In this document: in pieces, positions 1 to 6,878 of the stretch
Layout: the number at the start of each line of letters is the position of its first letter
How positions within the stretch are numbered: position 1 is the stretch's first letter
Assembly (NCBI GenBank): GCA_041288095.1
Contig: JBGGMJ010000034.1
Location: forward strand, 1-14,288
Source: Myxococcota bacterium
GTDB lineage: Bacteria > Myxococcota > XYA12-FULL-58-9 > JALHOP01
Length of the DNA stretch: 14,288 nucleotides
Direction of reading: 5' to 3'
Notes under the pieces: model-generated
Database searches by the model: none
The model's input: only the letters and a program-made list of their open reading frames with translations
What the model was told of the DNA's origin: nothing
Program-made: the position numbers and the translations under genes

Positions 1-1083
1 GCCGTCGTCTCCGGCCACACCATGCAGCGCGCCGGCACCGTCGAGGCGCCGTTCGCCTCTCCGGCGGTTCAGCCCGATCGCTACCCGCGAGCGGTGCAAC
101 GCATCCTCGATACCGTGAACCGCGCCGCCGGCCTGGTGCTCATTCCGAAGGCCACGTCGCGACTCTTGCTGAAGGCCGACAACGCCAAGGCCCGCACCGC
201 CATCTTCGCGGTCGAGTCGCTCATGCGCGGCCTCGAAGACCGCTTCGACGGCCGCTACAAGCCCGAGCGCGAGCTCGCCAAAAGCCTCGAAGACGGCTTG
301 GGTCACCTCGTGGACGCCCAGACCAATCACTCGCTGATGCAGCGTCTCGGCCAGCGTGATCTGCGCGCCTATTGGGCGGCCATCATGCGCGAGAAACGTC
401 GAGATTTGCGTACGCTTTTGCGGACGGAGTGGCTGCCGCGCACCGCCGGCGCCGACAAGGGCTTCGGTCACCTCGCCAACGCCGTCAAAAACGAAAAGCA
501 CCTGGTCGTTGCCGAGAAAGATGGCCACGTCCTGTCCGCTGAAGAAGACTGCGCCGCGAACGCCAAGATGTTGCGGCGCGAAGCCAAGCAGCTGTTCGAA
601 AAAGAAGGAGAGTTCGACTTCACCGATGTCGACTCCATTCACGAGCTACGTCGCACCTGTCGCTGGTTCGCTATCGCGGCCAGAGCGTTGAACGGGGCGG
701 TGTTGTTGGTCGACGGCGGCGAGCCCAAGCGCTTCACGCACTACCTCACCGATCCGGCGTCCAAGGGCGAATTCGCCGACCTGCCGAAGTCGGACCGCGA
801 ATGTCAGCCCGTCAGGGTCTCACGTGCCCTGTGGATCGGCATCGGCGACGTCATCGACAAGCTCGGCAAGATCAAAGACGAGGGCGAGCAGTACCTGGCC
901 GTCAAGACGGCCCTGATGGGCAAGCGCGAGCTCAAGGAAAAGGCCGCACATCGCGAGGCTTTGCGCATACTTGGCTGGGACCAGAGCACCTATGACGGCT
1001 GGACCCGCGGCGCCGAGGCGCTCCATGCCGAGGCCAAGGACCTCTTCAAGGCGCTGTGCAAGCAGCTCAAGGCGCAGCAGTGA
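1..1083 (+). CDS. CHAD-like (putative polyphosphate-binding) alpha-helical protein, probably 5'-truncated by the window edge
   Basis: Frame is open from base 1 (AVVSGHT-M at 22) with no SD before ATG22. It carries twice-repeated CHAD-type motifs: LEDGLGHLVD, IHELRRTCRW (cf. LHxLRxxxKRxRY) and LGKIKD. Basic and helical in composition. Confidence 0.55.
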   Translation, partial: AVVSGHTMQRAGTVEAPFASPAVQPDRYPRAVQRILDTVNRAAGLVLIPKATSRLLLKADNAKARTAIFAVESLMRGLEDRFDGRYKPERELAKSLEDGLGHLVDAQTNHSLMQRLGQRDLRAYWAAIMREKRRDLRTLLRTEWLPRTAGADKGFGHLANAVKNEKHLVVAEKDGHVLSAEEDCAANAKMLRREAKQLFEKEGEFDFTDVDSIHELRRTCRWFAIAARALNGAVLLVDGGEPKRFTHYLTDPASKGEFADLPKSDRECQPVRVSRALWIGIGDVIDKLGKIKDEGEQYLAVKTALMGKRELKEKAAHREALRILGWDQSTYDGWTRGAEALHAEAKDLFKALCKQLKAQQ

Positions 1084-1162
1084 GTCGTGGTCGGCTGACC
1101 ACACAAGCGTAGCGTGCCCACCCCGCGCGGAACGCGGACGGGTTTGGTACTCTTGATGGGCG

Positions 1163-3460
1163 GTGAGAAGCTTTCGCCTTCAGCTCCTCGTCCTCCTCGG
1201 GCTCGCCGCCTCGTCGCCGGCGTGTAACCTCGGCTCGTTGTTCGAGTCATCCGGCGCGCCGTGTCTGTCGGATGCCAACTGCCCCGACGCGCAAGTCTGC
1301 TGTGACGGACACTGCTCGTCCGACTGCAATCGCGCCGGCACCAATGTGTTGTCGGCGAGCCTCGCGACCGATTTCGTGCCTGGCTACGAGTTCGACAAGA
1401 TCGCGGTCGAGCTCGCATCGGCGACGCGCACCATCGACGTCAACGCGGTCACGGAGCTGGTGAACCCGCGACCCATCGCGCAGTTCCCCGAAATTGCCTC
1501 CGGTGACCACCGCGTCGTCATCAAGCTGTTGCGCTTCGACAGCGTCGTCGCGCAACGCGCGGTGACCTTCGCGGTGACCGGCGACATGACCGTGCCCGTC
1601 ATCTTGACGCGCGACTGCGAAGGCGTGACCTGCACCGGCGCCGCCGATCAGTGTCTCAACGGCTTGTGTGTCAACAGCGCATGCTCGGAGCTGAACCCCG
1701 ACGCCTGCCCGGTGGCCATGTGCGCGCAGGACGACGACTGTGCCGCGACCGTCACCTGCACGCATGCTGTCTGCATTGGCGGACGATGTCTCGAGCGCCG
1801 CGAAGACGGTCTTTGCGAGAGCGACGAACGTTGCATTCCCGGTATCGGTTGTGTGGTGGCCGCGCACGAGTGTGACTACGAGATGCAGTGCGACGACCTG
1901 ACGACGTGCACCCAAGAGCGCTGCACGGACGGGCGCTGCACTTCACAACGCGACGATACCCGCTGCGACCTCACGATCTGCGATCCGACGGCGAAGACCG
2001 CGAACGCCGCTACCGGTTGCACGCCGGCGCCGTGCAGCGCGGACAACTGTCTTCCGGCGCCGTGCGAAACCGCGACCTGCGAGAACGGCTCCTGTGTTCA
2101 CACGCCAGTCTGCGAAAGCGGTCAGCAATGTTGCGACGGCGTCTGCGCCATCAACTGCGACGACCCGCGTGCCTGCGCCGGGCGGCCCGGCGGCTACGTT
2201 TGCCGCGTATCGGTGGGCGCGTGTGACGTCCCCGAGACTTGCGACGGTGTCTCGGACGCGTGTCCGCCCGACGCACGTGTACCCGGGGGCTCGGTGTGCC
2301 GCGCCGCCGCGGGCGGCTGCGACATCGCGGAGCTGTGCGACGGCCAGAGCCCGCTGTGTCCGGCCAACGTCGTCGCGCCGAGTGGCTCGGTGTGCCGCGC
2401 CAAGAACGGTGCCTGCGATGTCGCCGAGGCTTGTAACGGCCAGTCGAGCGCGTGTCCGGTGGACGTCTTCGAGCTCGATACCACCGTGTGTCGCTCCTCG
2501 GCGGGGGTCTGTGACCCGGCCGAGATGTGCACAGGCAGCAGCTCCGTCTGTCCGGGCAACGCCTACTACTCCAACGCCGTGGCGTGCCGGCCGTCCGCTG
2601 GCGACTGCGACATCCCCGAGACTTGCACCGGCGGCTCGCCCGCGTGCCCCGCCAACGAGCTGAGAACCTCGAGCTACGTCTGTCGCGGGAGCCAAGGTGC
2701 CTGCGACCGCGTCGAGACCTGCACGGGCGGGAGCGCGGTCTGTCCCGGAGACAGCAAGCAAAACGCCGGCACCGTCTGCCGCGGCATCGCGGGCGCCTGT
2801 GACGTCGCCGAGACGTGCAATGGCTCCTCGAACACTTGTCCCGGCGATTCGTTCACGCCGGGCGGCATTGCCTGCCGAGGCTCGGCTGGTCCTTGTGATC
2901 CCCCCGAGTACTGTCCCGGCAGCGGCCCCGCCTGCCCAGGAGACTCGTTCACGCCCGGTGGGACGCTCTGCCGGGGAGCCTCGGGTGACCCGTGCGACGT
3001 CGCCGACTATTGCACCGGCGGTGGCGCGGCGTGTCCCGACAACGCGCAACCCGCCGGTACGCTGTGCCAAGGCGCCCCGAACTCGTGCTACCAGAACCGC
3101 GTCTGCAACGGCTCGCCGGTTTGTCCGGGTTGGACGCCGTCTCCGTACGGCACCTACTACGGAGAGATCGACACCTGCCGCTACTACATCTGCGACGGCG
3201 CCTTCGGCGCGACCATCGCGCCGCGCAACAACGGTGCGTATTGCGCCGACGGTGGCACGTGCCTCTACTACGTTTGCAACAACGGCGCGTGTAACGCGGG
3301 TGTCGCCCGCAACGAGGGTGCGGCTTGCGACGGCGGTAGCTGCGCGTTTTGCTCCGGCGGCTCGTGCGCCTATCCCAACTGCGAGCACTACGGCGGCTGC
3401 TACTACTGCTACTACCCGGGCCAAGGCGCGACCTATTGCGGCTACGCCTGCGGGGGCTGA
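1163..3460 (+). CDS. Cys-rich surface lipoprotein with tandem disintegrin-like repeats
   Basis: GTG start, signal peptide MRSFRLQLLVLLGLAASSPA-C (lipobox-like). A Cys-free beta-rich domain (LATDFVPGYEFDKI...) is followed by Cys-rich modules and 9-10 repeats of CRxxxGxCDxxExCxGxSxxCPxD/N. Confidence 0.85.
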   Translation: MRSFRLQLLVLLGLAASSPACNLGSLFESSGAPCLSDANCPDAQVCCDGHCSSDCNRAGTNVLSASLATDFVPGYEFDKIAVELASATRTIDVNAVTELVNPRPIAQFPEIASGDHRVVIKLLRFDSVVAQRAVTFAVTGDMTVPVILTRDCEGVTCTGAADQCLNGLCVNSACSELNPDACPVAMCAQDDDCAATVTCTHAVCIGGRCLERREDGLCESDERCIPGIGCVVAAHECDYEMQCDDLTTCTQERCTDGRCTSQRDDTRCDLTICDPTAKTANAATGCTPAPCSADNCLPAPCETATCENGSCVHTPVCESGQQCCDGVCAINCDDPRACAGRPGGYVCRVSVGACDVPETCDGVSDACPPDARVPGGSVCRAAAGGCDIAELCDGQSPLCPANVVAPSGSVCRAKNGACDVAEACNGQSSACPVDVFELDTTVCRSSAGVCDPAEMCTGSSSVCPGNAYYSNAVACRPSAGDCDIPETCTGGSPACPANELRTSSYVCRGSQGACDRVETCTGGSAVCPGDSKQNAGTVCRGIAGACDVAETCNGSSNTCPGDSFTPGGIACRGSAGPCDPPEYCPGSGPACPGDSFTPGGTLCRGASGDPCDVADYCTGGGAACPDNAQPAGTLCQGAPNSCYQNRVCNGSPVCPGWTPSPYGTYYGEIDTCRYYICDGAFGATIAPRNNGAYCADGGTCLYYVCNNGACNAGVARNEGAACDGGSCAFCSGGSCAYPNCEHYGGCYYCYYPGQGATYCGYACGG
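2189..3052 (+). repeat. Nine tandem 96-bp (32-aa) coding repeats of a disintegrin-like loop module, with a degenerate tenth copy to ~3148
   Basis: Units run from GGYVCRVSVGACDVPETCDGVSDACPPDARVP to GGTLCRGASGDPCDVADYCTGGGAACPDNAQP, each with four conserved Cys, CR, CD, E/D and CP. Confidence 0.9.
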
Positions 3461-3462
3461 GC

Positions 3463-3531
3463 GCCGTTCACCGAGCCAAACGTGCCGCTTGCAGAAACCC
3501 GGAAGGATGCCGCCAGGTCGGCGGTTACACT
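3463..3531 (+). promoter_or_regulatory. Putative LytTR tandem binding site plus -10 element upstream of the sensor kinase
   Basis: GCCGTTCAC (3463) and GCCGCTTGC (3484) start 21 bp apart (9+12 geometry). TACACT lies at 3526-3531. Confidence 0.45.
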
Positions 3532-3551
3532 CCGATTCTCGCGGAGGCTCC

Positions 3552-4673
3552 GTGGTCGAAAGCGCGCCGTACGTCCGCCGACTCCCTTCGGTCTGGCTTA
3601 CGCAATGTGTCGCGTGGGCCACCTACGGCGCCCTCGCGTTCTTGAGCTTCTTGCCCCTGGTCGCCGCCGGCGAGTGCGTCATCCTCGCGCGCATGAAGAT
3701 CGTGCAGGCGCTCACCGGCTTGCTGCTCAGCTCCTTGCTCATTCCGCTCTACCGCGCCGTTCGCCGTCTCGGCGTTTCAGCGGGCGCCGTCGTCGCCTGC
3801 TTCTTCGGGTGCATCGTGCTGGGTGCGTTGGCGACGGTCACCGAGAACGTCTTGCGCTACGTCATCTTCGACGATCTCGACTGGGCGACGGTCCTCGCCA
3901 ACTTCGCGTTGTGCACTCTCAACTTCTCCCTGCTCCTCATGGGCTGGACCGCGGCCTATTTCGGCATCACCGCCTGGTATGGCTGGCAGCAAGAGCGCGC
4001 CCGTGCCCTGCGCGCCGACGCCCTGGCGCAAGCGGCACGGCTCGAGTCGTTGCGCTACCAGCTGCATCCTCATTTTCTCTTCAACGCCCTGAACTCGGTA
4101 CGCGCGCTCATCGACGAGGAGACGCGTCGGGCAAAGCGAGTCGTGACCGAGATGGCGGACTTCTACCGCTACTCGCTCGCTACAGCGGACCGTCCTCTGG
4201 TCCCGCTCGCGGAGGAGCTCTCGGCCATCGAAAGCTATCTGGCCGTCGAGCAGGCACGCTACGAAGAGAAGCTCAGCGTGCGCTTCGTCGTCGACGCCGC
4301 CGCACGCGATGTGTTGGTGCCGGTGCTCATCCTGCATCCGCTCATCGAAAACGCGGTGAAGCATGGCTTTGCGTCCGGCGCCGTGCCGCTCACTGTCGTC
4401 ATCGAAGCCGAGGTGCGGGACGGCGCTTTGAGGGTCCAGGTCGTCAACAGCTTGGGGCTCCGGAGCGGCGGCTCGACGACGCACGCTTCGCTCTCCGGCA
4501 AGCCCGCCGGGACCGGGACGGGCCTGCGGAATGTTCGCGAGCGCCTTGCCCAGATCTACAGCGGCGCCGCGCGCTTTGCCTTGGAATGCGGTGCGGGCCG
4601 CGCTTGCGCGGAGATTGTCATCGAACATGCCGAACGTGCACCGGAGGCCGACGATGCGCGCGCTGCTGGTTGA
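3552..4673 (+). CDS. LytS/YehU/AlgZ-family membrane sensor histidine kinase
   Basis: About four hydrophobic TM segments, His_kinase motif LRYQLHPHFLFNALNSV, N-box LIENAVKHG and G-box GTGTGLRNVRERL. Start placed at GTG3552 after GGAGG (3543-3547); in-frame ATG3507 is an alternative. Confidence 0.92.
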   Translation: MVESAPYVRRLPSVWLTQCVAWATYGALAFLSFLPLVAAGECVILARMKIVQALTGLLLSSLLIPLYRAVRRLGVSAGAVVACFFGCIVLGALATVTENVLRYVIFDDLDWATVLANFALCTLNFSLLLMGWTAAYFGITAWYGWQQERARALRADALAQAARLESLRYQLHPHFLFNALNSVRALIDEETRRAKRVVTEMADFYRYSLATADRPLVPLAEELSAIESYLAVEQARYEEKLSVRFVVDAAARDVLVPVLILHPLIENAVKHGFASGAVPLTVVIEAEVRDGALRVQVVNSLGLRSGGSTTHASLSGKPAGTGTGLRNVRERLAQIYSGAARFALECGAGRACAEIVIEHAERAPEADDARAAG

Positions 4674-5361
4674 CGACGAGCGTCTGGCGCGTCGCGAGCT
4701 GCGTGGTTTGCTCGCCGAGCACGCCGATGTCGAGGTGATCGCCGAAGCGGACTGTGTCGACGTTGCCGAGCGGGTGGTGCACAGCGAGCGGCCGGACGTC
4801 ATCTTCCTCGACGTTCAGCTCACCTACGAGTCCGGCTTCGACCTCTTGGCGCGCCTCGAGAGCGCGCCGCGCGTCGTCTTCGTCACCGCCTATGACCGTC
4901 ACGCCTTGCGGGCTTTCGACGTCAATGCCCTCGATTACCTACTCAAGCCCGTCCATCCCGATCGCCTGGCCAAGGCCCTGGACAAGCTGCGCCAGGCGCC
5001 CGCTACGACGGACGGTGCGCGATCGCTGGGCTACGAAGATCGCGTGTGGCTCTCCGACGGGGCGGGGTCACGCTTTGCCGCCGTGCGCGAGGTGGTCTGC
5101 GTACGCAGCGCCGGGGACTATTCCGAGGTCGTCCTCGAGGACGGCGCCACCGTGCTCGTCAACCGTCCGCTAAAGACTTGGGAAGAGCGACTGCCGGCGG
5201 CGCACTTCACGCGCATCCATCGCGGCAGCATCGTGAATCTTGGCTTCGTCGAGCGCTTGGACAACACGGGAGAGGGCTGCGCCGTCCGCTTGCGCGGATT
5301 GGTCGAGCCCCTGCCCATGAGCCGCAGATACGCCGCGCGGGTGCGCGAGCGTTTCAGTTAG
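4654..5361 (+). CDS. LytTR-family DNA-binding response regulator
   Basis: REC domain MRALLVDDERLAR...IFLDVQ...FVTAYD...DYLLKP and LytTR domain FTRIHRGSIVNL...MSRRY. ATG4654 follows GGAGG (4643-4647) and overlaps the kinase by 20 nt. Confidence 0.95.
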   Translation: MRALLVDDERLARRELRGLLAEHADVEVIAEADCVDVAERVVHSERPDVIFLDVQLTYESGFDLLARLESAPRVVFVTAYDRHALRAFDVNALDYLLKPVHPDRLAKALDKLRQAPATTDGARSLGYEDRVWLSDGAGSRFAAVREVVCVRSAGDYSEVVLEDGATVLVNRPLKTWEERLPAAHFTRIHRGSIVNLGFVERLDNTGEGCAVRLRGLVEPLPMSRRYAARVRERFS

Positions 5362-6759
5362 CTACTTCTTGAGTGCGGTCGCGATGCCGTTGGCGAGGGT
5401 GTCGAGAGCACCCGTCGCGCGGTGGATCAGGGTCGGCTTCTCCGCGAGGATATAGCCGGCCTCCGGGCCGCGCTTGCGGGCCTTGGCCCACTGCGCGAGG
5501 TCGAGACTCATGGCGCCCGCCGAGACAACCGCGCGCGGACCCCACAGGGCGCCTGCGCTCTTGAAGTCGATGAGGCCGTTCACGATGCCCCAACCCGTGT
5601 GCTTGATGCCCGTGCGCATGAGGTTGAGGTGATGCTCGTGCTTGCCGAGCCCGAAGAGCTTGGCGCCCATCGTGCCGATGAAGCCGGTGATGGCGGTCGC
5701 GGCGCCCAGCGCTGCTTGAACGCCCGGTCCGATGCCGGGGATCAGCGAAACGCCGTGCAGAGCCGCGGACCACAGATTGGTCATCGAGGGCTTCGGCGCG
5801 AAGCTGACGACGACAGGGGGCTTCTTGCCGCCGACGTCGATGGTGATGACGCGCTCGCGGATTTCCGCGTCACGCATCAAGAACTTCTCTTTGCCGCGGG
5901 CGAAGATGCGCTCGTCGTTGGTCGGCGCGCGCAGCGAGCGGAAGAGAAGGGACGGCGGGATCTTCAGCTCTTTCGCGATGGCGATGAGCTCTTCCATGTC
6001 CTTGCCGTCGAGAGTGACGCGACCGACTTTGAAGCCGTCTTCGCCGGCCTTCTGCGCTGCCGGGGCCTGGCCACCGCCGCGGGGGTCGACCTTGCGAACG
6101 CGGGGCGCGTCCTCGGCCTCTTGCGCTTGCGGCGCGCGATCGAAGCCCATCTGCGGCTCGACGCGATCGTAGGTCGGGTGACCACCGCGCGGCATCGGGC
6201 CCGGTTCGTCCATCGGCTCGTCGCGGAAGCGCGGCATCGGCTCGGGCTCGTAGGCGCCGTGCTGGTCGTCGTAGCCTTCACCCGGCTCGACTTCGCGGAT
6301 GGTGACGCGCGGCGGACGGGGCGCCGGCATGTCCACCATGAGGTCCTCGCCATGCGCCTGATGACCGCTATGGCGCTCGTACTCTTCTTCTTCGATTTGG
6401 TGCGAGTGCGGGGCTTGGCCCGGGGCGCCGAGGTCGACGATGACCGGGTCGTTGATGCCGTCGTCGAGGGCGAGCAGGGTGTGGCCCCAGACCCCCGGTG
6501 CGCGGTCCATCATGTAGCCGAGCTCGGTCGGACGCGGAAAGCGGATGGGCGACTCGTCGTCGTTCAGATCGATCTGACCGGCGCGCATTGCCGCGAAAGC
6601 CTGCTCGAGGCTCATGCGACCGCGGATGGTAGGTCCGAATTCGAGGCGGTACTTGTCGGCCTCGCCTTCCATCTCGCTGACCTGTGAGCTGCGGATGTCG
6701 ATGACGCGCCGGTCCGATTGAACGGCAGACGCACGTGCCCCTGTGACCCCAGCCAGCAT
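5362..6759 (-). CDS. Hypothetical protein: acidic/Pro-rich disordered middle, C-terminal Gly/Ala-rich hydrophobic helices
   Basis: 465-aa ORF with AGGAG SD 7 nt before ATG6759 and no Sec signal. C-terminal segment LWSAALHGVSLIPGIGPGVQAALGAATAITGFIGTMGAKLFG is hydrophobic. It fills the gap between known genes. Confidence 0.75.
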   Translation of the reverse strand: MLAGVTGARASAVQSDRRVIDIRSSQVSEMEGEADKYRLEFGPTIRGRMSLEQAFAAMRAGQIDLNDDESPIRFPRPTELGYMMDRAPGVWGHTLLALDDGINDPVIVDLGAPGQAPHSHQIEEEEYERHSGHQAHGEDLMVDMPAPRPPRVTIREVEPGEGYDDQHGAYEPEPMPRFRDEPMDEPGPMPRGGHPTYDRVEPQMGFDRAPQAQEAEDAPRVRKVDPRGGGQAPAAQKAGEDGFKVGRVTLDGKDMEELIAIAKELKIPPSLLFRSLRAPTNDERIFARGKEKFLMRDAEIRERVITIDVGGKKPPVVVSFAPKPSMTNLWSAALHGVSLIPGIGPGVQAALGAATAITGFIGTMGAKLFGLGKHEHHLNLMRTGIKHTGWGIVNGLIDFKSAGALWGPRAVVSAGAMSLDLAQWAKARKRGPEAGYILAEKPTLIHRATGALDTLANGIATALKK

Positions 6760-6793
6760 TGCCCGTCTCCTGGGAAGCCCATCCCGTAAAGAG

Positions 6794-6820
6794 AAAAAAT
6801 CCCAAGGAGCTACCTCGGGA
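6794..6820 (-). terminator. Intrinsic terminator-like hairpin downstream of oligopeptidase B
   Basis: Minus strand reads TCCCGAGG-TAGCT-CCTTGGGA-TTTTTT: an 8-bp stem with one G-U pair, a 5-nt loop and a U6 tract. Confidence 0.6.
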
Positions 6821-6828
6821 CATCGCTG

Positions 6829-6855
6829 TTATCGGTTTGGCTCTGGGCGGGTTGC
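6829..6855 (-). promoter_or_regulatory. Possible sigma28 (FliA/WhiG)-like promoter
   Basis: Minus strand reads GCAAC-N15-CCGATAA. The -10 matches 7 of 8 bases of the GCCGATAA consensus and the -35 is divergent from TAAA but at compatible spacing. Confidence 0.35.
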
Positions 6856-6878
6856 GTATTCGCGACTGACACGCCTGA

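Noticed and set aside
1087..1102. Hairpin GTGGTC-GGCT-GACCAC after the CHAD-like gene
   Set aside because: Only a 6-bp stem with no U-tract, so not supportable as an intrinsic terminator.
2189..3052. 96-bp periodicity as a possible CRISPR or non-coding repeat array
   Set aside because: Conservation is at the amino-acid level with synonymous variation, and there are no identical direct repeats, spacers or cas genes.
2697..3551. 285-aa N-terminal extension of the kinase ORF (658-aa call)
   Set aside because: It overlaps the Cys-repeat gene in another frame and is Ala/Arg/Pro/Thr-rich shadow sequence. The SD, -10 and TM region point to a start near 3552.
1943..3622. 559-aa minus-strand ORF with apparent repeats
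   Set aside because: Antisense shadow of the repeat gene; long stop-free antisense frames are expected at high GC.
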